This document shows, one piece after another, positions 27,999-36,557 of a DNA stretch of 40,448 nucleotides. This stretch comes from a virus. Lineage: Duplodnaviria > Caudoviricetes. The notes beneath the pieces are model-generated. The model was not told where the DNA came from. It worked only from the letters and a program-made list of their open reading frames with translations, and did not search any database. Positions within the stretch are counted from its first letter, which is position 1, and the number at the start of each line of letters is the position of its first letter. The DNA lies in the IMG/VR virus record IMGVR_UViG_3300032332_001535, positions 1 to 40,448 of that record; one strand, given 5' to 3'. Position numbers and translations under genes: made by a program.

Positions 27999-28057
27999 AA
28001 ACGCTCCTTTAACTTTCCGCTTAAACGGAATCTTACTTATAAATTAAAGGACGGATC

Positions 28058-28675
28058 TTAAGTAAATGACGTAGTTGTTGAGTTACTTACTCCACCAAGA
28101 TTGGCAGACCTAGTACCGTCAACGACAGGGTTAACTCCACCGCGAGTCATGTAAGTGTAGTTGACAGAAATTTGCTTAATGATTTCCATTGTACCGACAG
28201 AGATACGCTCACCATCAATAACATTAGAAATAACGCAGTTGTGATATTCTTCTGTATAAGGAGCCATTTTCTTGCCGCGAATTGCAGGTGGGCGAACATA
28301 CTTAACGATACGGATAGGATTAGGAGTATTAGCTACTGCACGGAAGATTCCAACAATATCAACTGGACCCTTGCCGGTACCAGTAATTTTAGAATCGCCA
28401 CCAAGATAAGATGCAAGGCGTTCCCAAACTTGTGCTCCATAAAGTTCATAAAGCTCAAGAGTAATCTGACCCATATTAGCAGCCTGAGGAGTAATAAGCT
28501 CAACAGGATAAGGCTCATCCATTGGGTGAATTGGCACGGTAGGAGCGACTGGAGTAGGAGAAATATGCTCAATTTGCTGAGCAAAAAGAATTGGCTTGTT
28601 TTCCCATGTGAAAACGGTAAAACCTGAGCCTGCTACTCTTGCGCGATTTTGTGCTCCATTAAGTGGTCCAGCCAT
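28058..28675 (-). CDS. Tail tube protein
   Basis: 205 aa immediately after the sheath. Tube-like motif YHNCVISNVIDGERISVGTMEIIKQISVNYT. Confidence 0.8.
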   Translation of the reverse strand: MAGPLNGAQNRARVAGSGFTVFTWENKPILFAQQIEHISPTPVAPTVPIHPMDEPYPVELITPQAANMGQITLELYELYGAQVWERLASYLGGDSKITGTGKGPVDIVGIFRAVANTPNPIRIVKYVRPPAIRGKKMAPYTEEYHNCVISNVIDGERISVGTMEIIKQISVNYTYMTRGGVNPVVDGTRSANLGGVSNSTTTSFT

Positions 28676-28678
28676 TTA

Positions 28679-30757
28679 TTATGCTCCTATATTTGTTTGG
28701 TTAGTTGTGGTAACCGAAGTAATTCCACTAGTTAAGTCAACGGCGAACTTGATATTTACATAATTAACTGCAAATGCTGGACGATAATTAAATCTAATGC
28801 CGATTTGTGTAGGATCAATAGAATCAAACTGACCCTGAACCGAATCAAATTGAACAATGACGCCATCATCTTGAAGAGTTCTAAGCGTTGATGCAATGGT
28901 GGTGGCAATTGTAAGAGGTGCAGAATCGTCAGCAATAGTGTTACCAATAACTTGAGTATCGATTGTTTGACGAAGGGACCTGATCATGTAATGCTTTGCG
29001 CGAATTGTATTAAGCTCTGCCTTGGCAACTGAAGTTTTATCAGTTGTTAAAGCGTGACGAACAAAGATTGAATTGTCATTTTTATTTTGTTCAATAACAA
29101 AGAGTCCTGCGCCTGAATCTTGGGTTTTCTGTGGCTTTGTGCTAGTGTCAACTATCTTTTTAAATCCGGCTAGAGTTTTTCTTGTCAAAGAAATTTGAGG
29201 TTCATAAGAAACAACCTTGCCTGCAACTGCTGCGGCGGCATACTGACCACCAAGAATTACTGAGGCGGTTGCGCTAGCTGTCGATGGGCGTTCAAATTTA
29301 GTTTGAGCAATAAATACCATGCGCTCATTAAAACTTGTATTATTAGAAGTGTATGCTTGAAGGCTTGTTAAATGCTCATTAACCTTAGCTCTGCTTGCAT
29401 AAGTACTGCCCGATGGAGGATTGGTTGAATCTTCACCAATCACACCAATGATGAGCTGGTCATAGTTTGAATCCATGAAAGCAATGTGACCTTGCAAGGA
29501 CTGGAAAATATTTAATTGAACGGTATCATTTAAAGTTGACGAATTACCAGTGCCAAAATTATAAGCTGCATTTTGTCCAATAACTGGAACAATAATTCCA
29601 ATGTTTTCTTCATTTTGAAGCGCTCTAAATGTTTTGTTCCATGTGTTTGATGTACTTATGGTTTGAGCATTAGTTGGCTGACTACGAGCGGGCATATCAC
29701 CAGTAATATCATCAGTGCTATAAAATAATGGCTGAAGTACAAGGTCTTGAGCGCCATTTTCAATAGCAATTTTTGCAGCTAAAGTCAATGGAGAGTTAAC
29801 GGTTACTCCATCAATATCTGCAATTGCTTTACCAAAACGAGTTTCAATGTTTGAAAAATCGTTTCCAGATACGTAATAAGGTTTAAAATAATCCGCTGGT
29901 GTGTATGTGTATGTTACATATACTTGACGATCTTCAGGAATAACAAGGCCGTATTTAACTTGAGAATTAGCCGCTGTGTGAATAGCTGCATCGGTGCCAT
30001 TTGCTCCGCGAGTCAAACCAGTAAATGTAATTGTAGTATTAGTTGGACTATTAATACTTGCGTTTGCATATTTGATCTGCTCATTATCCACAATAACCGT
30101 TCCATTTGTTGTTGGAAATGGGGTCAAAGCAGTAGCGGTAGCCGTCATTGTGGTAGCGTCCGCGCTTAGTGTAGTGTCTGCAAGGGGAATGGAAGTAATC
30201 GATAAGGCGCGAGCAATGGTGCGATTTGTATTATTAAAAATATAAGAACCCGGAATGTATCCACCGTTTGAAGTATAAGCCGCATTTGAACTTTGAGCAT
30301 CACTTGAATCATAATCAGCTACAAATTGAATGCTTGTTAAAGCCATTGAATCTCCCGCTTTAACTCCTTTAAGCGGAACCGCTGTGGAAATAGTTGCTGC
30401 CGCTGCGTTCGCCGCCGTTACTCCAGTACCGCTTGAAAGCGTAATAGCAGTTGAAAGAGTCGCCCCTGTAGTAAAAGTAACATTATTTGCAGCGGGTATA
30501 CCCGAAGAAGAAATGTAATAGGTTGTATTAGTAGAAAGGCCCGTAGTTGCGTTAAGTGTAGCTGCGGTACCACCAGCAGTTGTGGTAACAGTAAGGTTTT
30601 TAACCACACTCAAAGTCACCTGCTCGGTTACTGTTATGGTACCATTAGCGGGTCCAACAAGGCAAAGTAAATCGGGGGTAGCAATGATTGGGTTAATACC
30701 AGCCTGAGTAGTCTCAGTGATGGTTACGCCGGGTGGTCTAATGTAAGCTCTGGCCAT
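28679..30757 (-). CDS. Contractile tail sheath protein with inserted surface domains
   Basis: N-terminal YIRPPGVTITET sheath motif. C-terminal YAAAAVAG...SLTRK...IFVRHALTT...ELNTIRAK...YRPAFAVNYVNIKF. Confidence 0.9.
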   Translation of the reverse strand: MARAYIRPPGVTITETTQAGINPIIATPDLLCLVGPANGTITVTEQVTLSVVKNLTVTTTAGGTAATLNATTGLSTNTTYYISSSGIPAANNVTFTTGATLSTAITLSSGTGVTAANAAAATISTAVPLKGVKAGDSMALTSIQFVADYDSSDAQSSNAAYTSNGGYIPGSYIFNNTNRTIARALSITSIPLADTTLSADATTMTATATALTPFPTTNGTVIVDNEQIKYANASINSPTNTTITFTGLTRGANGTDAAIHTAANSQVKYGLVIPEDRQVYVTYTYTPADYFKPYYVSGNDFSNIETRFGKAIADIDGVTVNSPLTLAAKIAIENGAQDLVLQPLFYSTDDITGDMPARSQPTNAQTISTSNTWNKTFRALQNEENIGIIVPVIGQNAAYNFGTGNSSTLNDTVQLNIFQSLQGHIAFMDSNYDQLIIGVIGEDSTNPPSGSTYASRAKVNEHLTSLQAYTSNNTSFNERMVFIAQTKFERPSTASATASVILGGQYAAAAVAGKVVSYEPQISLTRKTLAGFKKIVDTSTKPQKTQDSGAGLFVIEQNKNDNSIFVRHALTTDKTSVAKAELNTIRAKHYMIRSLRQTIDTQVIGNTIADDSAPLTIATTIASTLRTLQDDGVIVQFDSVQGQFDSIDPTQIGIRFNYRPAFAVNYVNIKFAVDLTSGITSVTTTNQTNIGA

Positions 30758-30815
30758 AAGTAAATACTCTTTCAGGAATTATGAGTTAGTGAATTGAAGA
30801 AAGAAAGGTCTGGAC

Positions 30816-31493
30816 TCAAGTCCATGCCGATCCGTTTGGTAATCCGGTTGGTTTTTCATCTATGCCATTAATGTATGGATACAAGAAGACTTTAGAAACA
30901 TATTCATAAGATGTATTTGGTGGAAGGCTGTAAAACTCTCCCCAAATATCAACACGGTAAGACGTTGAATAACTAAGATCGTTTTCTGCTCCCCAAGGAA
31001 CAGGCGTTGAAGTTTCATTTAATCCTTGAATTTTATCAGAATTAATATTAATAAAATGACCAATTGAATCAGGAAACGCATCAGAGTCAGCAGGGTAAAT
31101 TCTTTCAAAAAAGTTATTTGTATAATCTGCAAGGTCGCCCATTGCAATAGTTTGAACAATGGTATCGGCAATTAAATCCCGATCTAATGATGATAATGCA
31201 TAAATCATAAATTCAATATTACCTTTATAAAAATAATGTTTAAATTTCCAAATTTTATCATTGACATCGGTGATTGCTTCTTCGTGACCCACGCCAGCAT
31301 TAAAAATTTCGTTTTCGTATAATCTAATTACAATTGCTGGAAAGGATTGCCTCTCTTTAGGCATATCAATAACAACTTTGGTTTCTCTTAATTTAGGATC
31401 TATGTGTTCATTAAAAACGGGTTTTAATGATTCAACCAACGCCGTTTTTATATAAGTCTTGTACTTAATTGTTTTTTCAGGCAGATAAGTCAT
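30816..31493 (-). CDS. Tail terminator/completion protein
   Basis: Directly upstream of the sheath. SFPAIVI...IYALSSLDRDLIAD is a terminator-like pattern. Confidence 0.6.
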   Translation of the reverse strand: MTYLPEKTIKYKTYIKTALVESLKPVFNEHIDPKLRETKVVIDMPKERQSFPAIVIRLYENEIFNAGVGHEEAITDVNDKIWKFKHYFYKGNIEFMIYALSSLDRDLIADTIVQTIAMGDLADYTNNFFERIYPADSDAFPDSIGHFININSDKIQGLNETSTPVPWGAENDLSYSTSYRVDIWGEFYSLPPNTSYEYVSKVFLYPYINGIDEKPTGLPNGSAWT

Positions 31494-32281
31494 CGATCAA
31501 TCTCTACATTCATTAAAATGTGATTTTGTGGTAGTAAAGTAATTGGGTATTGTTGGTTAACCGTATGACGATTGCCAAAATCAGCACCTTTTTCTTTTTT
31601 GCCCCTGCGATCAAGCCCACGAATAGTTATTGGATTAGTCATCTTTGCTTGATACCTACGATCCGAATCTACAACGTGACCATAATCATCCAATTCAACA
31701 TTAATAATTAAATCGCCATCGTTTACCGCAGGAAACCAACCCATTGTGGCATCTGCTGTTTGCACCTGCATCATTGCGCCTTGAGGTGTCAATGTAAAAA
31801 AGTCCTGCGGAGCATCTGGCTCAATTAAATAAGTCACAATGCTGGGACCGAATCCACGATATTTTGGAGCCTTAGGCCAACTGGCATCAGGGGTATAATC
31901 CGATCTTACAATTTCGCCAGTTGAAAGGTTAATCCACTCATTATCTGATTTTTCTCTTGATACAAAACCGTTACCCCAAGAAAGGTCATCATTGTTGCGA
32001 GTTTGACCATAAATGGAATCATAATTTGGAGAGCGCTCTGCATATCCGTTTTCAACATCTTTAATTGTTAACATCTTTTTAATAATTACGGGTTGACCCA
32101 TACGACGCATCATGTCATGAACTTGACGACGAAGGCGTTTAATATCTTGAGGGCAATTTTCTTCGCCAACATATTTGGTGGCATATAAAAGATTGTTATA
32201 AACTTTGGTATAAAAACCTAATGATACTGCAAGATTTGCAGTTGCACTTAATAAGGAAGTTTTAGTATAATTAGTTGGCAT
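31490..32281 (-). CDS. Head-tail connector (stopper-like) protein
   Basis: Position in the neck cluster. WFPAVNDGDLII...RYQ resembles head-closure proteins. Confidence 0.5.
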   Translation of the reverse strand: MPTNYTKTSLLSATANLAVSLGFYTKVYNNLLYATKYVGEENCPQDIKRLRRQVHDMMRRMGQPVIIKKMLTIKDVENGYAERSPNYDSIYGQTRNNDDLSWGNGFVSREKSDNEWINLSTGEIVRSDYTPDASWPKAPKYRGFGPSIVTYLIEPDAPQDFFTLTPQGAMMQVQTADATMGWFPAVNDGDLIINVELDDYGHVVDSDRRYQAKMTNPITIRGLDRRGKKEKGADFGNRHTVNQQYPITLLPQNHILMNVEIDR

Positions 32282-32290
32282 GTCAACCCC

Positions 32291-32725
32291 TTATCCAAGG
32301 GTTAACGTTAAACTGTTCGCTTGAATTGTAAATGTGTCGCCGGTAATTAAAGTAATTGATGTGGACAAAGGTCCAAACCAAAGAAGGTTGCCACCTCCGA
32401 CCGTAGAACTATCAAAAACGCCTACGGTTGTTACCGTTCCCCAAGACGAAGTTATGTTATTCCAAGCGATAGAATCACTATTTTTAATAGAAGATGAATT
32501 AGTTAAATCAGTGCTTGCGGTTGCGTTGCCCCATGTAATTTGCTTGCGCGTATAACTCGCGCCAGACACTTCCACTCCATCTTCCGCCGTATTATCAACG
32601 TAATTTACCGTTGGAGATTGTGTAAACAGGGCTACGTAAGTTCCGCTTGCAATAGAAAAATTAGTAATTTTTCCAACGCTTTGTTCTAAAAGTTTTTTTT
32701 CTAAATATTTTGTAATGTTTGCCAT
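32291..32725 (-). CDS. Virion fibre/neck accessory protein
   Basis: YVALFT..P......EVSGASYTRKQITW...WGTVTTVGVFDSST.GGNLLWFGPL...GDTFTI...LTLTL is a widespread phage structural beta-protein motif. Likely start ATG 32725. Confidence 0.7.
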   Translation of the reverse strand: MANITKYLEKKLLEQSVGKITNFSIASGTYVALFTQSPTVNYVDNTAEDGVEVSGASYTRKQITWGNATASTDLTNSSSIKNSDSIAWNNITSSWGTVTTVGVFDSSTVGGGNLLWFGPLSTSITLITGDTFTIQANSLTLTLG

Positions 32726-32748
32726 TGTATATATTAAGTGTCGTAATA

Positions 32749-33645
32749 CTACCAATAACCGCGTCCAACGCTTCTTGCTCGCATAGGAGCAGGAATAAGA
32801 CGACCGGCCTTGGCAGAAACAAGAAGTTTGCTGTGACCAAGCTGAAGAAAACCGCGCTTATAAAGAGCAACCCAACGATCATACTGAGCTTTTTCAAGAG
32901 TATGCATTGTTTCCCAGCGCTGAAGATAATCACGGCGATCTTGAAATGCAACTTGCGCACCAGTTGGCATTGGCTGCTCAACATAAGAGCGCATAATATG
33001 ACGAAGGACTTGGATAAAAATACCTTGAACAAGAAGCGGATAATTGTCAGTGACAGTGTTATCTGCATTTACAAAAGTGCTGATACCTAAAGCGGTTGGG
33101 GGATTTTGATAATTAATGTCAAAAAGAGCATCCGCAATAAACTTTTCCATTTTTTCTTCACGGAAAAAATGCAAGGTCATATCTTGAACCCAAGGGCCTT
33201 CGTTCTCTGCATCAAAACAATCTTCAAGTTTAGTCCAAACACCATCTGCTACAACGCGAATGGGGGTATCAACAATTTCAAATGGATCAAAAACTTCAAA
33301 ATCTACTCTGGTTGATTTGGTTGTTCCATCAATGATTTCAAAAGTTGCAACCGCAATATAATGACCTAGGCGAGTAGTGTCATCATAAATTAAAACTCCG
33401 GTGCCATCTTCTAAAATTTCTCCATCTAAAACAACTTTTTCAGCAGGATTGGCATACTCCTGATTCTTTTTATTATCTGATGGATCGTCGCCTGTACGAG
33501 TAGCGGGCAATTGAATAGTAAAAGTTACTGATCCAAGGTCTTCATAAGAATAAAGTTGATCATTATCATCGTAAAGACGGGCAACAAGGCGAGCAGAGTC
33601 ACCTAGCGCAACAATTTTTGTTTGTCTATCATAACCAAGGCTCAT
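32749..33645 (-). CDS. Head-tail adaptor (neck) protein with an N-terminal Ig-like domain
   Basis: N-terminal Ig/BppU-like strand pattern and helical C-terminus (ALFDINYQNPPT...DRRDYLQRW). It lies in the neck cluster. The start is ATG 33645 or TTG 33666. Confidence 0.6.
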   Translation of the reverse strand: MSLGYDRQTKIVALGDSARLVARLYDDNDQLYSYEDLGSVTFTIQLPATRTGDDPSDNKKNQEYANPAEKVVLDGEILEDGTGVLIYDDTTRLGHYIAVATFEIIDGTTKSTRVDFEVFDPFEIVDTPIRVVADGVWTKLEDCFDAENEGPWVQDMTLHFFREEKMEKFIADALFDINYQNPPTALGISTFVNADNTVTDNYPLLVQGIFIQVLRHIMRSYVEQPMPTGAQVAFQDRRDYLQRWETMHTLEKAQYDRWVALYKRGFLQLGHSKLLVSAKAGRLIPAPMRARSVGRGYW

Positions 33646-33682
33646 GCAATTATTAACTGTTGGCAATAAACAATCTTAAAAT

Positions 33683-33709
33683 AAAAAGAGCCGCACAAGG
33701 CGGCTCTTT
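33683..33709 (-). terminator. Rho-independent terminator
   Basis: AAAGAGCCGC-acaag-GCGGCTCTTT hairpin with a U-tract on the - strand, 20 nt after the 33729 stop. Confidence 0.85.
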
Positions 33710-33728
33710 CACTAAAACATTGATAAAT

Positions 33729-34040
33729 TTACTTATCTGACTCTTCAGTTGCAGGCTCAGCTTTCTTAGCAGCAGCCTTCTTAGGAGCGGCCTTCTTGAC
33801 CTCTTCCTTGACTACTTCTACGGCTTCTTCAACCTTTACTGCAACCTCTTCTACTTTTTCAACAACCGTTTCTGCAACAGCCTGTACAGTTTCTACTGAA
33901 TCGGTTGCAAAAACCTTAAGTGCTTCAACAACTTCTTTAAGCTCCGCCTCTGCGTTTTCAAGGCTAGTTTTGAAATGATTAATTGTAGATGTAAGAGTCC
34001 ATTCACGGAGTTCTAAATCTCTTTTATTGTTTTCGCTCAT
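33729..34040 (-). CDS. Hypothetical coiled-coil protein with a Lys/Ala-rich (histone H1-like) tail
   Basis: SD AAGGA. VEE/VEK repeats followed by KKAAPKKAAAKKA. Confidence 0.7.
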   Translation of the reverse strand: MSENNKRDLELREWTLTSTINHFKTSLENAEAELKEVVEALKVFATDSVETVQAVAETVVEKVEEVAVKVEEAVEVVKEEVKKAAPKKAAAKKAEPATEESDK

Positions 34041-34054
34041 ATTTTTCCTTATAA

Positions 34055-34627
34055 TTAATTGCTATAAACGTCTGTTCCATCACTACCGGGAACTACGGCA
34101 ACGCGAGGGCCAACGCTACTGCGAGTAATCTCAGTCGCTCTTTCCTCATTTGGGCGACCCTCTACTTCATTAAGGTGACCGATTGTAATACTTTTTTCTG
34201 TATTTGACTTGTCTAAACCTGTGAAATTACCAGCGTTACCAAGCTGATCGGTAAGAATATCTTCTGGGCGAGGCTGTGGCAAAGTTGATGCATTAGTCAT
34301 CTGCTTTTCACGGATTGTCTGAGCGTCAGTGGCAGAAATAACTTCATAAAGACTACCAAGGTTATTAAGGAAGATTGAATCATCTAATTCGTCCTTGCTG
34401 ATTGCAGTCATATCATTGCGCTGGCCTCTAGGAGCAAGTTCAATCTTGCGACCAGATCCAAATGTAACGCGAACATTAACGCCGCGAACATTACGAACAT
34501 ACTTGCTTGTTGACACACTCTTTCTGGGAGCAGTCTTGGGCTTTGCGGCAGGCTTGCGAGTTGCAGCAACTTTTGCTCCAACGGGTTCAGCAGCCTGACC
34601 ATTAGGGGTTAGCTTCTTAGGTGGCAT
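34055..34627 (-). CDS. Hypothetical protein, probably head-associated
   Basis: 190 aa with a basic N-terminus (AATRKPAAKPKTAPRK). It lies between the capsid and neck genes. Confidence 0.6.
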   Translation of the reverse strand: MPPKKLTPNGQAAEPVGAKVAATRKPAAKPKTAPRKSVSTSKYVRNVRGVNVRVTFGSGRKIELAPRGQRNDMTAISKDELDDSIFLNNLGSLYEVISATDAQTIREKQMTNASTLPQPRPEDILTDQLGNAGNFTGLDKSNTEKSITIGHLNEVEGRPNEERATEITRSSVGPRVAVVPGSDGTDVYSN

Positions 34628-34724
34628 AATTTATTCTCTCTTTCTATAACAATATAAGACTTGACTTGATACTACAAACGAGACTTGCCACTGATTAAGA
34701 CCGGGATTCGATATAGTAATTAGG

Positions 34725-34791
34725 GAAGCCAAACTAAGTCTTGACAATTTGACTATATGATATAGTCTTTGTACAAGTCAACGTTTGGCTT
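34725..34791. promoter_or_regulatory. Overlapping divergent sigma-70-type promoters within a nested palindrome
   Basis: + strand: TTGACA at 34741, then TG-a-TATAGT at 34758-34766. - strand: TTGACT (34781-34776), N18, TATAGT (34757-34752). Core palindrome GACTATA-tga-TATAGTC with outer arms AAGCCAAAC/GTTTGGCTT. Confidence 0.6.
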
Positions 34792-34910
34792 TTTATATAA
34801 ATCTACGAAAGGAGTTAATTCCACTGGTCTCATTCAGCCCGTTAAGTTGTTAAGTAAGAGGGCTTGCGAAGTCAATGTAGGACAAATGAATGTGTTCCAA
34901 GGAAGATATT

Positions 34911-35831
34911 ATGTTATATGCTAAAACAGCGGTTGTAGTAGCCGCCGTAATCGGTAGTTTTGCATCTACCCCAGAACCAGCGAAAGCTGTTAATAATCAG
35001 GCCCATATTACTACAATTCCGGGTCCTGTAGTAACAAAAACAAAGAAGTACCGCGTAAGAGTGCCAATTCAACACTTTTCCGTCAGAGCAACCGCATATT
35101 CAACTGAAGGCTGTGATGCTTCAGGTGGCGGTAATATTACATCAATGGGAACAACGCCCCGTTTTGGCGAAGTTGCCAATAATTTCCTTCCATTAGGAAC
35201 AAGGATTTATTTCCCTAAAGCCATTTATGGCAAGCATTATTTTAGGGTTGAAGATCATATTGGTTGGGGTTCTCAGCTTGACATTTGGCTCCATTGCGGA
35301 AGTCAAATATCAGCATGGAACAATCCCACTGTTCATTTTTATACATACAAATGGAAGGTGAAAACAAAGAAGATCCGAATAAGGGCGTCGATCAGCCTTA
35401 TTAAAGATCCTCTCAAACCTGTTGTAGTGGGTTCTAAGGCGCTTATATATAAAAATGTAGCCTACGCCCCATCTAAGGCTCCAATTAATGTTAAACGAGT
35501 TGTATGGGCCGGAAACAAGATCAATGCGCTTCCATATGTATGGGGAGGCGGGCATGGATCTTTTTTAGATTCTGGCTACGACTGTTCAGGATCAGTATCA
35601 TATGCCCTTCATGGAGCAGATTTGATCAATACTCCAATGGATTCAGGATCACTAATGTCTTGGGGTCAGTCAGGGCCGGGTAAATGGATTACGGTTTACG
35701 CTAATTCAGGCCACACATACATGCATGTAGCTGGTATTAGGTTTGATACATCAGGAGCCAAACCTTCAAGGTGGCAATCTGATCTAAAACCTAGTTTAGA
35801 ATATGCCCTTAGGCATCCAGATAACTTATAA
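34911..35831 (+). CDS. Secreted peptidoglycan hydrolase: signal peptide + 3D domain + NlpC/P60
   Basis: SD AAGGAAG before ATG 34911. Signal peptide ending PAKA. 3D domain: ATAYS...VANNFLPLGTRI...VEDHIG...LDIW. NlpC/P60: PYVWGGGH...YDCSGSVSYAL...NSGHTYM. Confidence 0.85.
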   Translation: MLYAKTAVVVAAVIGSFASTPEPAKAVNNQAHITTIPGPVVTKTKKYRVRVPIQHFSVRATAYSTEGCDASGGGNITSMGTTPRFGEVANNFLPLGTRIYFPKAIYGKHYFRVEDHIGWGSQLDIWLHCGSQISAWNNPTVHFYTYKWKVKTKKIRIRASISLIKDPLKPVVVGSKALIYKNVAYAPSKAPINVKRVVWAGNKINALPYVWGGGHGSFLDSGYDCSGSVSYALHGADLINTPMDSGSLMSWGQSGPGKWITVYANSGHTYMHVAGIRFDTSGAKPSRWQSDLKPSLEYALRHPDNL

Positions 35832-35834
35832 ATT

Positions 35835-35863
35835 AAAGGCCCTCGCAAGAGGGCCTTTTCTTT
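35835..35863 (+). terminator. Rho-independent terminator with a GCAA tetraloop
   Basis: AAAGGCCCTC-GCAA-GAGGGCCTTTTCTTT directly after the 35831 stop. Confidence 0.9.
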
Positions 35864-35916
35864 GTCTTTTAATCTATTTTTTAATATATGAACAATTCAA
35901 TCAATAAAAGGCAAAT

Positions 35917-36486
35917 ATGGCAAAGAAAATAGGCGTAAATAGCAATGGCAAAGCTTGGATCAGTCCGCGTATGCTTAATTCAAAGTATTATACAAATTTT
36001 TATGGGTCTCAAACCAAACTGCAAATTGCAGACACCAATTCGAATAGTTACAAAATTTTAAAAGATATTATTAATAGAGGTAACACAATTTGTTCTAGGC
36101 CTTACAATATAAATGATCCTAATAACAATGGGCACAATATTAATTTAAGCAATTACGGACAAGTAAAGCGTTCTAGGGGATGGGACTGTTCATCGTCTGC
36201 CTGTTGTATATTACACCCTCATATATGGAAATCAAATGCAGCAGTAGTTTCGGGCGACATGGTTTCTATGAAAGGGTTTACATCTAGAGGTCACATTGAT
36301 AAACAAAAATCTATTGTTGTATATGCAAATACAGGGCATATATTTTTAGATATATGGTGGCAGGGAAGCAAAATTACTTGGGATAATTGGGGCACAAGGG
36401 GTAGCCACACTCCATGGTATTCATCACCGGGAAGTCCTAATAGCCCATCTGCTTCTCAATATACAATAACGCATAAAAATTTATAA
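35917..36486 (+). CDS. Stand-alone NlpC/P60-like protein
   Basis: RPY...GWDCSSSAC...VVSGDM...IVVYANTGHIFL aligns with the other two NlpC/P60 domains in the window (Cys and His conserved). No signal peptide. Confidence 0.7.
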   Translation: MAKKIGVNSNGKAWISPRMLNSKYYTNFYGSQTKLQIADTNSNSYKILKDIINRGNTICSRPYNINDPNNNGHNINLSNYGQVKRSRGWDCSSSACCILHPHIWKSNAAVVSGDMVSMKGFTSRGHIDKQKSIVVYANTGHIFLDIWWQGSKITWDNWGTRGSHTPWYSSPGSPNSPSASQYTITHKNL

Positions 36487-36504
36487 ATTAATATAAATAC
36501 AAAT

Positions 36505-36537
36505 AAAAAGGCCCCCATTTCTGGGGGCCTTTTCTTT
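36505..36537. terminator. Bidirectional Rho-independent terminator
   Basis: AAAAAGGCCCCCA-TTTC-TGGGGGCCTTTTCTTT (GAAA loop on the - strand) between the convergent NlpC/P60 and capsid genes. Confidence 0.9.
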
Positions 36538-36557
36538 ACCTCATAAAGCTATTAATT

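Noticed and set aside
11608-30757. Extracellular contractile injection system, tailocin or T6SS
   Set aside because: Capsid, protease, neck and helicase genes are contiguous with the tail genes, so this is a phage.
34800-34900. c-di-AMP (ydaO) or c-di-GMP riboswitch
   Set aside because: The context fits, but I could not match the conserved consensus segments. It is kept only as an unclassified candidate leader.
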